Source of the DNA: an uncultured bacterium
GTDB taxonomy: Bacteria > Patescibacteriota > Minisyncoccia > Phycocordibacterales > PALSA-1337
Length of the DNA stretch: 64,000 bases
Direction of reading: 5' to 3'
Assembly (NCBI GenBank): GCA_903872035.1
Contig: CAIQIZ010000021.1
Location: forward strand, 18,157-82,156
The notes below the pieces were generated by a model, which worked only from the letters and a program-made list of their open reading frames with translations, was not told the origin of the DNA and ran no database searches. Below are positions 19,072-28,191 of this stretch, one piece after another. The translations under genes and the position numbers were made by a program. Numbering within the stretch: position 1 is the stretch's first letter; each line of letters begins with the position of its first letter.

Positions 19072-19399
19072 ATTGTTTTGCAGTCAGCTACCTGTCTATT
19101 TACAGGACCTCTATTCGCATTGAGACCATCTCCGGCAGGTGGGATGGGTCCCAAGTGGCAAAATCAAGGACTTACTGCGATTACGTACTGTTATTAATGT
19201 ATTCACGAGACTACCACACAAATGCCCTGCCCTGCAAGAGCTAGAGGCCCTAAGAGCTTACTAAATCAGTATGAAGAAAGGTTAAAAATTGTCTCAAGAA
19301 ACGATAAAAAATGTCTCAAGAAAGCGTGAAGAGGAACGCGAATGGCCATGTCCCACTTCAAACGGGCCCACCGTTCTGAAGCAGGACATAGCCATTCGC

Positions 19400-20248
19400 T
19401 TATACTAACTTAAAGAATCGCTTCGCATTCGCTAGAACTTGTTTGGCCACGACTTCTTCTGATTGGCACTTGATCATGGCCAAACTTTTCACAGCTTCGA
19501 TGACATAGGCGGGTTCATTGCGCTTGCCACGGTAAAGTTTCGGGGCAACGAACGGGCAATCGGTTTCAGTCATAATGCGATCAAGAGGGACATATCTGAT
19601 GACTTCGTCGTAATTGCGAGCGAAGGTGATCACGCCAGTAAACGAGAATGCGTAGCCAAGATCCAAAAAAGGCCTAGCTTCTTCTATGGTTCCAGCAAAA
19701 AAATGTAGGTCACCTTTGACTTTGGATCTCTCTTTGATGATTTGGTAAGCATCATTGTAAGCCGACCCAGTTGATGCTTTTTCCGGATTGCGCAAGTGAA
19801 GCATCAACGGCTTACTAACTTCATTTGCGACATCTATCATCGTTTCGAATGTTTGGCGCTGCTTCTTGGTAGACTCTTCATTCAAGCGATAATAATCCAG
19901 ACCACATTCACCTATAGCCACGACTTTCGGGTCACGGGCTAGGTCGACATAAGCTTGCTTATCCACAGCTTCTCCCCTTGATGTGAACTCTTTACCACCT
20001 TCCCCCAGTTCCTGTGTATCATGATGGGAAGCTGTTGTGTGAATGGGATGTAGACCGACAGCAGCAAACATATTCTCATGTTTATGAGCCAATTCAATGG
20101 CTATCCGCGAGGTATCGATTTGAGTGCCGACGGTGATCATTGCCACCCCCGCTTCTTGGGCACGTTTGATGACCTCCTCCCTATCGGAATCGTAGGCGGA
20201 AAAATTCACGTGACCATGAATGTCTATGTAAGAATATGGTTTTGACAT
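19400..20248 (-). CDS. tatD: TatD-family metal-dependent DNase/hydrolase
   Basis: IDIHGHVNF...; HxH and conserved Glu/His/Asp positions of the TIM-barrel TatD family. Confidence 0.75.
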   Translation of the reverse strand: MSKPYSYIDIHGHVNFSAYDSDREEVIKRAQEAGVAMITVGTQIDTSRIAIELAHKHENMFAAVGLHPIHTTASHHDTQELGEGGKEFTSRGEAVDKQAYVDLARDPKVVAIGECGLDYYRLNEESTKKQRQTFETMIDVANEVSKPLMLHLRNPEKASTGSAYNDAYQIIKERSKVKGDLHFFAGTIEEARPFLDLGYAFSFTGVITFARNYDEVIRYVPLDRIMTETDCPFVAPKLYRGKRNEPAYVIEAVKSLAMIKCQSEEVVAKQVLANAKRFFKLV

Positions 20249-20260
20249 AAGAACACTGAT

Positions 20261-21838
20261 TTATTTTCTCATAAAGAGCGGTGCTTCAGGCATCTTGTTC
20301 TTTTCCACCAGTCCAACGATCTTTGCAGCAGTCTCAGGAAGGATCGGTAACAGCATCGTTCCGATCATGTGCAAGCGAGCAAGTAATTCCTTGATATCTT
20401 TTTCTGCACCAGCTCTGTCTTCTTTGATCTTCTTAAACGGTTGTCGTTCTTGGACGATCTTGTCAGTGGCTCCAATAAGATCCCAAATGGAATTACTGGC
20501 TTGCTGAATATCGTATTTATCTAGGCCCTCCGAATACTTCTCCAACAAAGTCTTGTACTCAGCAGATTCAGCAAATTCTTTCTCTGCCACCAAATCGTAT
20601 TTGATGCCATTGGTTTCGGCCATCTTCAAAATCCGACTGGTCAAATTACCTAACCCATTAGCCAAGTGTGCATTGAAAGACTCTTTGAATTTATCCGGCG
20701 AATATGCACTATCTTCAAAAGGATGGAGCTCACGCGCAACGTAATAACGCAGAGCATCCGTTCCGTATTCTTTGACGATATCCAATGGGTTTACCGCATT
20801 ACCGAGAGATTTGGACATCTTGACTCCCCCTTCACCTGTAATGAATCCGTCAATGATGATCTGTTTCGATGGTGGGAGCTTCACGGCCATGAGCATGGCT
20901 TGCCACATTGCTGACTGTTGGCGAAGATTGTCCTTTCCGCAATACTGTACAGCACCACCTGACTCGACCCACCATTTGTCGAACTTCTTCATATCAGTCG
21001 GCCAACCAATGGTGGAAATGTAATTGACCAAAGCATCGAACCAGACGTACATGACATGAGCTGGATCGTTCGGAACCGGAATGCCCCAAGGCATCTTTGT
21101 GGCCAATCTCGAGACGCTAAAATCTTCTAGGCCACGCTCAACAAAAGCTCTGATCTCATTTAAACGAGAACTTGGTACGACGAATGGAGTCGTGACAGGA
21201 GAACCGTCTCCGTCTCGCCGCTCTCCCACTCCGCTCGAGCCGGAGACGCTTCCCCGGCCATAGAGATCCATTAAAGGTTTCTGGTAAACACTGAAGCGGA
21301 AAAAATAATTTTCTTCTTCATAGACTTCCAATTCCATCAAAGGATGAAGCGGGCACTTGCCTTCGACAAGCTCCGATTCTGTTTTTTCCAGTTCACAGCC
21401 GACGCAATATTTGATCTTGTAATTCTTTTTGTAGATCAGGCCATTCTTGTCGGCGATCTTCCAGAATTCCTGCGCCGCAGCTATATGATCAGTATCGGTT
21501 GTACGGACGAATTTAAATGTGATCCCTGCTACATTTTCAGCGATACCGAGCAACGGCAACAATTCCTTGAATTTGGCGGCTGCTTCATCGACATATTCTT
21601 GCGGCTCTTTGTGATTTTGTTTGGCTTTTTGGAATATTTTCAATCCGTGTTCATCTGTTCCAGTATTAAAGAATACCTCGTGACCAGCCAAATTCTTGGC
21701 GCGAGCGATGATATCGGCACGGATAAGCTCCATGGCAAAACCGATATGCGGTTCAGCATTTACATAAGGTAAAGTGGTGGTTATGTAAAATGGTGGTTTC
21801 TTTGATCCTGTGGCCGTTTTTGAAGGGTTTTTTGTCAT
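20261..21838 (-). CDS. metG: Methionyl-tRNA synthetase (core form, no C-terminal tRNA-binding domain). Carries an in-frame palindromic-element insertion
   Basis: PYVNAEPHIGFAMELIRADIIAR...GTDEHG and KMSKSLGN class-I motifs. Insert SGSSGVGERRDGDGSPV is encoded at 21198-21255. Confidence 0.85.
   Translation of the reverse strand: MTKNPSKTATGSKKPPFYITTTLPYVNAEPHIGFAMELIRADIIARAKNLAGHEVFFNTGTDEHGLKIFQKAKQNHKEPQEYVDEAAAKFKELLPLLGIAENVAGITFKFVRTTDTDHIAAAQEFWKIADKNGLIYKKNYKIKYCVGCELEKTESELVEGKCPLHPLMELEVYEEENYFFRFSVYQKPLMDLYGRGSVSGSSGVGERRDGDGSPVTTPFVVPSSRLNEIRAFVERGLEDFSVSRLATKMPWGIPVPNDPAHVMYVWFDALVNYISTIGWPTDMKKFDKWWVESGGAVQYCGKDNLRQQSAMWQAMLMAVKLPPSKQIIIDGFITGEGGVKMSKSLGNAVNPLDIVKEYGTDALRYYVARELHPFEDSAYSPDKFKESFNAHLANGLGNLTSRILKMAETNGIKYDLVAEKEFAESAEYKTLLEKYSEGLDKYDIQQASNSIWDLIGATDKIVQERQPFKKIKEDRAGAEKDIKELLARLHMIGTMLLPILPETAAKIVGLVEKNKMPEAPLFMRK
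21198..21255. repeat. Palindromic repeat element, copy E (in-frame inside metG): arms GGAGAACCGTCTCCGTCTCG / CGAGCCGGAGACGCTTCCCC around core CCGCTCTCCCACTCCGCT
   Basis: The core resembles GCCGCTGGCCCACAGCGCTC. The encoded peptide SGSSGVGERRDGDGSP resembles the peptides from copies C and D (NGSGLSVVGQRQTGSVP). Confidence 0.55.
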
Positions 21839-21936
21839 GTAGTGGCTATATTAGCAGAAAATCAAAGGAAAATCCCTTTCCTTAAAAATATTTCGGGATG
21901 CCAGAAAATGAAACTTGATATGATTTTCTAGACTGC

Positions 21937-23034
21937 CTACTCCACACTTTTCCCCGCCATGGCCCTTTCAGCTGTTTCTTGTTTCTTATATTTTTCGATA
22001 TCGTGGATGTATTCCATGAGAGCTGCCGAGAGAGGCACGGCGATCACTGCGCCAAGGATTCCGGCCAACTTGGCGCCGATGACCAATGCCAAGATAACTA
22101 CGATCGGAGATATTCCAACAACTTTCTTGACTACTAGCGGATAAAAGAGTTGGCTTTCAAATTGATAGATGATGAGGTAAAGACAAACCAGAAGAACGCC
22201 TGTGCCGATACCCTTTTCTGAAAAAGCGATGAGTATGGCAGGCACAGAAGAAATGATTGGGCCAAAGACAGGAATGATCTCAAAAAGACCGGCGAAGACC
22301 GCCAGTATGAGAGCGTGCGGAATGCCGACAATTATTAGCGTCAGGTATACAAGAAGTCCGACGACTAGGCCAAGAATGATCTGACCTTGCAACCATAGAC
22401 CGATCTTTCTCTGGGAACGCTTCCAAAGGCCGACTATGTACTCGTGGTGTTTGACCGGTGCGACTATACGAAGGAAATCAGCTACACCCTCCTCTTGCAC
22501 TGCCAGATAGAATGAGAGAACCACGATCAGGATGAGAGAAAAGACGCCACCGAATAGCACGCTAGCCGTCTTGAAAGCGCTGGCTGAAGTGCCAACGATG
22601 ATATTCTGCAATCCATTGACCAGATCGGCCATAGAAACAGTATGAGCCTCCAAGGCATTGGAGACCGTGGTTCCAAAATTGACTCCCAAGCTGGACACTG
22701 GGCTCCAGAGATCTTCCAAGGAAACATTCTGGGGGATATTGTTAAGAAATTGAACAGCATCTTTAGCGACCACCGGAACAAAGAAGATCAGGATACTAGC
22801 TAGGACGGCGGCCATGAGAATATAGACTATGATGACGCCAATGATCCGGTGGATCTTTAATATCTTCAAGCGACGTACAACGGGTTCTACAGCTGAAGCG
22901 ATAATAACTGCGGCTAGCACAACAAGTACGACATCGGAGAGATGATAGATGGCGAACAAAAGCACGCCGATCATTACAAACCGCACCATAGTACCTGTTG
23001 TGACGTTTATGTGGATATCGCGTGATGGGGGCAT
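21937..23034 (-). CDS. AI-2E family transporter (PerM/YhhT, UPF0118) membrane protein
   Basis: 365 aa, 8 TM helices; typical AI-2E family hydrophobicity layout and C-terminal conserved region. Confidence 0.6.
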   Translation of the reverse strand: MPPSRDIHINVTTGTMVRFVMIGVLLFAIYHLSDVVLVVLAAVIIASAVEPVVRRLKILKIHRIIGVIIVYILMAAVLASILIFFVPVVAKDAVQFLNNIPQNVSLEDLWSPVSSLGVNFGTTVSNALEAHTVSMADLVNGLQNIIVGTSASAFKTASVLFGGVFSLILIVVLSFYLAVQEEGVADFLRIVAPVKHHEYIVGLWKRSQRKIGLWLQGQIILGLVVGLLVYLTLIIVGIPHALILAVFAGLFEIIPVFGPIISSVPAILIAFSEKGIGTGVLLVCLYLIIYQFESQLFYPLVVKKVVGISPIVVILALVIGAKLAGILGAVIAVPLSAALMEYIHDIEKYKKQETAERAMAGKSVE

Positions 23035-23056
23035 GGAATGATTATATCATAATGTT

Positions 23057-23569
23057 CTATAACCACTGCTCAAAACTATCCAAATCCTTCTTCTGTTCGA
23101 CCGGATCCTTGGCGCGGTGAGCCGCATTTCTATGGTAGATTCCCCCATCGCTCGTGGCCCGATCGAAATGTTCACCGAAGATATACCTGATACTTTCCTC
23201 GTCGCATTTCTTAGGGTCTGTATCGCCACCTGTCACTGACACTACTTTCTGCAACAAATCAGGACCTCCTTCGAGCAGAACGATCTCTGAAGGGCCGTTA
23301 TTGAAATGCTCCAAGGTCGCCTCCTCTATTCCTTTAGACAACCCCTTGTACATCGAACCGACGACAAAATCATCCGGCAATCTTTTTGTAACTGTCTTAA
23401 CGACATATAGACCAGAATCTTCAAGTCTCTTGACAATCTCGCCCTTCTTGGCAAAGGCATCCGGCTTGATGACAACGATAGCCAAACCGCTCTTTTCATT
23501 CACGGCTATATCTGATGCACTTATCAAAGCTTCCAAACCCTGATCCTCAAATTTTGCAGATTCATTCAT
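23057..23569 (-). CDS. Nucleoside diphosphate kinase-like protein
   Basis: LAIVVIKPDAFAKKGEIVKRLEDSGLYVVK resembles the NDK N-terminus; a His-containing C-terminal motif is present. The match is divergent. Confidence 0.45.
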   Translation of the reverse strand: MNESAKFEDQGLEALISASDIAVNEKSGLAIVVIKPDAFAKKGEIVKRLEDSGLYVVKTVTKRLPDDFVVGSMYKGLSKGIEEATLEHFNNGPSEIVLLEGGPDLLQKVVSVTGGDTDPKKCDEESIRYIFGEHFDRATSDGGIYHRNAAHRAKDPVEQKKDLDSFEQWL

Positions 23570-23605
23570 AGAATAATTTAACTGTAAGTCTTCATCCCCA
23601 ACTCA

Positions 23606-24877
23606 TCATTTGAACTTGAAATAGCTCTTGAAGCCTTCCCCATCCTTGAACTTCCCTACCACCGCCATATTGAGACTCTCATTGACGAATATCTCTCGTG
23701 CCAACTTCTGGACATGAGCGGCAGTAACGGCGTTCACTTTCTTAATGATCTCATCGGGAGATTCGATGGTGTGCTTCATCACTTCCTGTAAACCGCAGAA
23801 TTCGGCTCGCGAATCGGAAGTCTCCAGCTCGAGAAGAGTCGTACCAGAGATATAATCTTTGGCCTTGGTAAGCTCTGCTTCCGGGACAAGCTCTGTCTTC
23901 AAACGATCACATTCTGAAAGAATACCCCTCACCCCTTCTTCGACGCGGGAATTATCGAGGCCAGCAGAAATGGATAGAAAACCATGATCTGTAAATGGAT
24001 TGTCGCTCGTCCTTATGTAATAGCAAATCCCCAATTGATCACGCATTTTGGAAAACAGACGTGAGCTCATGCCTCCGCCAAGAATAGTCGATAGAACATG
24101 CATGACCGGAACCCTCTCATCAAAGATCGAAAATGTCCGTGTACCGATGACAATATGAGTCTGGTCAGTTTCTTTGAACTCCGTCTTGACCTGCGGCGCG
24201 CTCTGAGATTCTTTGACGGCGAGCTTACCGAGCTTGTCGCCAGTCAAAACTTTCTTGAAGGCTTGCTCGACGGCTTTGGTGATGCTCGCTTCATCAAAAG
24301 AGCCTGCAACAACTACAGTAGTCGCCTTTGAGACATAATGCTGCCCGCGGTAAGCTATGAATTGCTGACGATCAAAAGACTTCACGTTGACTTCGGTACC
24401 CGCCACATTCCAGCCGACAGGCTGATCGCCATAAAGAAGCTCCATGAATACATCGTGGACATGTTGCTGTGGGAGATCCTGATACATGCGGATCTCTTCG
24501 ACGATCACTCCCTTTTCCTTGGCGATCTCCGCTTCTTGGAAGAGCGGGTCAACATACATATCCGAGACTATATCGAGGACCGTGTCGAGGTGTCGCGAAG
24601 CAGCTTTGGCGTAATAGCCAGTAAATTCCTGAGTCGTAAAAGCATTGTAATGGGCGCCGATGGAATCGAGTTCACGGGATATATCTATGGCCTTGGGCCT
24701 CTTGGTCGTCCCCTTGAATACCATATGCTCGAGAAAATGCGAGAGGCCATTCAACTCCTTCGTCTCATATTTTGAACCAGCTTCAACTAGTACAAGAACA
24801 GTCACAGCCGGATTGTCGGCCATCGGAATGGTGATAAGACGCAAGCCATTTGAGAGGATGGTTTTCTGGAATTTCAT
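23606..24877 (-). CDS. M16-family zinc peptidase (insulinase-like)
   Basis: HxxEH zinc motif HFLEHMVFKGT plus downstream Glu; two-domain M16 architecture. Confidence 0.8.
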   Translation of the reverse strand: MKFQKTILSNGLRLITIPMADNPAVTVLVLVEAGSKYETKELNGLSHFLEHMVFKGTTKRPKAIDISRELDSIGAHYNAFTTQEFTGYYAKAASRHLDTVLDIVSDMYVDPLFQEAEIAKEKGVIVEEIRMYQDLPQQHVHDVFMELLYGDQPVGWNVAGTEVNVKSFDRQQFIAYRGQHYVSKATTVVVAGSFDEASITKAVEQAFKKVLTGDKLGKLAVKESQSAPQVKTEFKETDQTHIVIGTRTFSIFDERVPVMHVLSTILGGGMSSRLFSKMRDQLGICYYIRTSDNPFTDHGFLSISAGLDNSRVEEGVRGILSECDRLKTELVPEAELTKAKDYISGTTLLELETSDSRAEFCGLQEVMKHTIESPDEIIKKVNAVTAAHVQKLAREIFVNESLNMAVVGKFKDGEGFKSYFKFK

Positions 24878-24904
24878 GTTGCCACTTTATCACAAGGCTG
24901 TGAT

Positions 24905-25252
24905 TCAGGCTATTTGAAGTTTCGACTCGATGCGGCGCAAACGCGGAGCATGATCTTTGAAAACGACTTTCTCGAGAGAATCGAACTTCACTTCCAGGCG
25001 TTCGATATCATCTTTAGTGGCCATATTTTCTTTGATCCCCGAGATTTCTTTTTTTATTTCTTTGAAACCTTTGTCGACTTTGATGACTAAACTATCCATT
25101 CCCTTGAAACCGTTGGCAACTGTAACGGCAAGACCAGAAACGGTAACGGCAAGGTCGTCAGTTTCCTTGAATCCTTTAGCGATCATAATAGCCAGATCAT
25201 CGATAGTGACTTTAGAATCATTTGAATTACAATTTGTTTGTTCTTGAATCAT
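24905..25252 (-). CDS. Hypothetical coiled-coil protein with periodic KGFKE repeats, immediately downstream of the DGR RT
   Basis: Repeated GFKE(T/I/M)D motifs; no family recognised. Confidence 0.35.
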   Translation of the reverse strand: MIQEQTNCNSNDSKVTIDDLAIMIAKGFKETDDLAVTVSGLAVTVANGFKGMDSLVIKVDKGFKEIKKEISGIKENMATKDDIERLEVKFDSLEKVVFKDHAPRLRRIESKLQIA

Positions 25253-25377
25253 AGATTAATTGGTTAGAAAGCTATTAATAGGCGAAAACGGTATAGGCAT
25301 ACCGACAGGCCAGTACATTTTATTCCTCAATAAAAAGATTGCAAGCTTACACATTTGCGTTCTCGTTTTGTAATAAT

Positions 25378-26361
25378 CTATTTTCGTGCCTTCATACCCA
25401 ATGATGAAACAATCTTATGTGTATTTCCATGCTTTAGCATTCCCAGATATGAAGCAACCGTCGCCGGCTTTGGATTGTTTAGGAGGGCCTTAATCATTCG
25501 ACGTTTTGTAGTTGTGCGCAATATTCTATGACTGGGAAAATTGATCCACCCGAGAAAATCGATACCGGATGAGTATGTCGCGATAGAGACTTTATCAGGA
25601 TGCAGATCCAGCAAGAGATTCTGTTTCAGAAACGCGCGGATATGTTTCAAAACTTCCTCGATAACGGCTCGGTCGGTATTCATGACAATGAAGTCATCCG
25701 CGAACCGTATGTAATATTTCTCCTTAACCTCGTGCTTCATATACTGGTCAAATTCATTCATGAAAATATTGACCAGCAGTTGAGAAGTCAGATTCCCAAG
25801 CGGCAATCCCTTGCCGGGGATCACCGAATCGAAGCTCTCGACGATTCTTCTCAATAACCAGAGCGTGTCATCGCCGACGTTATGTCGCTTTACGACCTCA
25901 AACAATCGCGCATGATCAATGGAGGCGAAGAATTTTCTGACATCGCATTTTAGGACCCAGCAGGTTTGACTATCATTTCGGCTAGCTCTCCGATATAGCT
26001 CCAGAAACCTTCTTATAGCTTTATGGGTTCCTTTTTCATTCCGGCATGAATAAGAATCGTGGATGAACAGCCTGTTAAAATATGGATACAATACCCGGTA
26101 AACGGCGTGATGAAGAAGTCTATCTCGAACAGTCGCTTTGTGAATCTTTCTAGGTTTTGGGTCGGAAATGTTGAATTCCTCATAGCCGCCGTGTTCGTAC
26201 GTCCTATCTTTCAGATCCGCGTGCAAATCAAATATATTTTCTGACAAATGCATGGAAAATTCCATAACGTCCTTCCGACCACTTTTGCCACATAAAAATT
26301 CCTGCCATGCGACAAAAAGGTTATCCGGCGATATAATTGTTTGGTATAGATCTATATACAC
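25378..26361 (-). CDS. DGR reverse transcriptase
   Basis: RT motifs: PKPRKIHKATVRDRLLHHAV (motifs 1/2). Motif 4 is GLPLGNLTSQLLVNIFMNEFD, with the DGR-specific [ILV]GxxxSQ in place of QGxxxSP. Motif 5 is YIRFADDFIV. Thumb motif GIDFLGW. Confidence 0.85.
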   Translation of the reverse strand: MYIDLYQTIISPDNLFVAWQEFLCGKSGRKDVMEFSMHLSENIFDLHADLKDRTYEHGGYEEFNISDPKPRKIHKATVRDRLLHHAVYRVLYPYFNRLFIHDSYSCRNEKGTHKAIRRFLELYRRASRNDSQTCWVLKCDVRKFFASIDHARLFEVVKRHNVGDDTLWLLRRIVESFDSVIPGKGLPLGNLTSQLLVNIFMNEFDQYMKHEVKEKYYIRFADDFIVMNTDRAVIEEVLKHIRAFLKQNLLLDLHPDKVSIATYSSGIDFLGWINFPSHRILRTTTKRRMIKALLNNPKPATVASYLGMLKHGNTHKIVSSLGMKARK

Positions 26362-26407
26362 ATTCTCTCATGATGCCCCCCCCCCGCAATCAAAAATACC
26401 GACAGTC

Positions 26408-26764
26408 GTGCATAAGCAAAAAGAAGCATATTCATTATGGGTCAGGCTTCATCACAATTTTCCCCGGACAGAACGGCTCGGTCTTGGCCGGAAAATAGAC
26501 TCGGCCTTTCTCGATCTCTTGGAATGGACATTTGTCGGCGCGTACCTGCCTCCTGAACAAAAGATCCCTGTTTTGAACAAGGCCATGACAAGGCTGGATA
26601 TCGTAAAGTTCTTTACGCAAATATCGTGGGAAAACAAGCTTATACAAAACGAGCAATACATAGCACTATCTCTCATGTTAGAAGAAATCGGTCGACAGCT
26701 CGGCGGCTGGAAGAAAGGCCTGCAAACAAAACTCCCCAACCTTGAGCCGGGGAGAAAGACTTGA
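26408..26764 (+). CDS. avd: Accessory variability determinant (Avd) four-helix-bundle protein, encoded antisense to TR/RT. GTG start proposed; the track ORF starts at ATG 26252 and would overlap the RT start
   Basis: EAYSLWVRLHHNFPRTERLGLGRKIDSAFLDLL...IALSLMLEEIGRQLGGWKKGL matches the Avd pattern (...FP..E...LG.QI.....LL.....EVGRMLGGW). The stop at 26764 abuts the TR. Confidence 0.6.
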   Translation: MHKQKEAYSLWVRLHHNFPRTERLGLGRKIDSAFLDLLEWTFVGAYLPPEQKIPVLNKAMTRLDIVKFFTQISWENKLIQNEQYIALSLMLEEIGRQLGGWKKGLQTKLPNLEPGRKT

Positions 26765-26768
26765 GTTT

Positions 26769-26876
26769 CGGGAGAACACCTGGTTGCCATCATTCCACCT
26801 GTTCGGATTCTCAACCGGATTCGCGTTCACGTTCCAGCCGTCGTCGTACCAGTTCACGTTGACCGCGCGGAGCACA
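26769..26876 (-). repeat. DGR template repeat (TR)
   Basis: 108 bp, 81% identical to VR. All 20 differences are plus-strand T in TR (A on the minus/coding strand). TR translates to Asn-rich AVNVNWYDDGWNVNANPVENPNRWNDGNQVFSRNS. Confidence 0.85.
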
Positions 26877-27188
26877 CCGGAGTTCATCGTACACGAGACC
26901 ATCCGCATCACCGCCCACCAAACCATGATGAGCTGAATCTTGTTCGGGACATCGAAGTCCTCCAGTCCCATGCACCAATTCTATTCTTTTTTGAAGAGAC
27001 CTTCCCCACTCTCGCGCGAGGCCTGACCGTCAACAAGGAGTTATACCCAACGCGACTCTCGAAGAAAATATCCTAAAACCATGACGCGGAAGCCATGTCC
27101 GCCGCGTGCCGCATGATTTCAGCATTAGTATATCACCCAATAGGTAATTCCGTTGAACCAGGTCATATACAAAAATTGACCCCCGCCT

Positions 27189-27206
27189 GCCTCCGCCAGC
27201 TGGCGG
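27189..27206. repeat. Perfect 18-bp GC-rich palindrome CTCCGCCAGCTGGCGGAG, about 87 bp downstream of VR. Candidate DGR homing hairpin. A second copy lies at 28273-28290
   Basis: Self-complementary 18-mer. Identical 17/18 copy inside the glyS 3' end. Confidence 0.5.
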
Positions 27207-27243
27207 AGCAAACAGAGGGTCAAAGTGTCCGAGGAACAAAGGA

Positions 27244-27993
27244 TCAGGCTGTCGCCGGAACCGGAGTTTCCGAGGGTTTGAGAGCGGAATTGCGGGAGAA
27301 CACCTGGACGCCACCATCCCACCCGCACGGATACCCAACCGGACCCGCGAGCACGCCCCAGCCGCCGCCGTACCAGCACACGTCGACCGCGCGGAGCACA
27401 AACCATTGATCTTTGATCTCAAATAGGTACTGCGAATCCTTGACCTCTTCAAAGATCTCCCTTCCTTCAAGGCCAACGTAGCTGAAACGCTTGTCATCGA
27501 GTTTCTTCACCGGTTGGGGGATGTAGCGGATATTCGCATACCCGTTAGTCAGAAGCAGACCAGCGGCGCTTTTGGGACCGTCCTGTTGATTCTCCATGTC
27601 GCGGAACATTTCACCAAGAGAAGAGACGGCTTTGGGCACACCGCCCAGCTCGAGGATAATGTCCTTGTCATACATGTACCTGGGCAAGGTGAAGACGTTG
27701 GGTGCCTTCGTCGGCGGGAGATCTTCAACCGTGTTCCAGAACCAATTCATGAAGTTGTTCCGGACTTCGCAGATCTTCACCTTAGCATTGCGGCTGGTGT
27801 CGACCTTGAAGTGATCCCTGACAACAAACTTGCCTTGATTCCAAGATTGAGAAGCGAGCCAATCGGTCAGAGGTCCTTGAAGGCGACCGGACTTAGCCGC
27901 ATCAATAATGTTTTGAGGGACGAGATCTGTCCGATTCCAGTTGACACAGGTTATGAGAGTCGCACCGGCGGTTGCTATCGTTTGATTATTCAT
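27244..27993 (-). CDS. DGR target (variable) protein with C-terminal C-type-lectin/FGE-like fold carrying the VR
   Basis: The C-terminus LRAVDVCWYGGGWGVLAGPVGYPCGWDGGVQVFSRNS is encoded by the VR. The TR encodes the same frame with Asn (AAC) at the variable positions. Confidence 0.8.
   Translation of the reverse strand: MNNQTIATAGATLITCVNWNRTDLVPQNIIDAAKSGRLQGPLTDWLASQSWNQGKFVVRDHFKVDTSRNAKVKICEVRNNFMNWFWNTVEDLPPTKAPNVFTLPRYMYDKDIILELGGVPKAVSSLGEMFRDMENQQDGPKSAAGLLLTNGYANIRYIPQPVKKLDDKRFSYVGLEGREIFEEVKDSQYLFEIKDQWFVLRAVDVCWYGGGWGVLAGPVGYPCGWDGGVQVFSRNSALKPSETPVPATA
27293..27400 (-). repeat. DGR variable repeat (VR) at the 3' end of the target gene
   Basis: Aligns base-for-base with TR 26769..26876 (offset 524). 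The mismatches are confined to TR-adenine positions. Confidence 0.85.
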
Positions 27994-28191
27994 TTTTGGT
28001 TTGCTAGGTATCGCAATGCTCCTTCAAATCCTTGCACACCTTGATTCATATCAAGCCCGCACAAGAAAAATCAGAAAGAGAAGTGGTTCGCCACAGCATT
28101 CCAGGTCCTATCTCAAGACCCAAAATGCCATGGCGAAATGGATATTTCTCCACAATTTGCTCTGTAAAGGAGCCCTATTTGCCTCCTTTTA

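Larger units (their letters stand above)
25378..27993 (-). mobile_element. Diversity-generating retroelement (DGR) cassette: target gene with VR, TR, antisense avd, RT
   Basis: See the component features. TR/VR is a 108-bp pair with 20 mismatches, all at TR adenines (coding strand). Confidence 0.85.

Noticed and set aside
26678-26971. 97-aa minus-strand ORF, plus overlapping ORFs at 26452..26814 and 26742..26936
   Set aside because: It is simply the translation of the DGR template repeat and spacer (Asn-rich copy of the VR-encoded peptide). The real protein-coding copy is the VR inside the target gene 27244..27993.
27030-27497. 155-aa minus-strand ORF and the plus-strand ORFs 27095..27409 and 27125..27406 overlapping the VR
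   Set aside because: They are alternative frames across the GC-rich VR and spacer. The target-gene frame 27244..27993 has the conserved CLec-like C-terminus and matches the TR frame.
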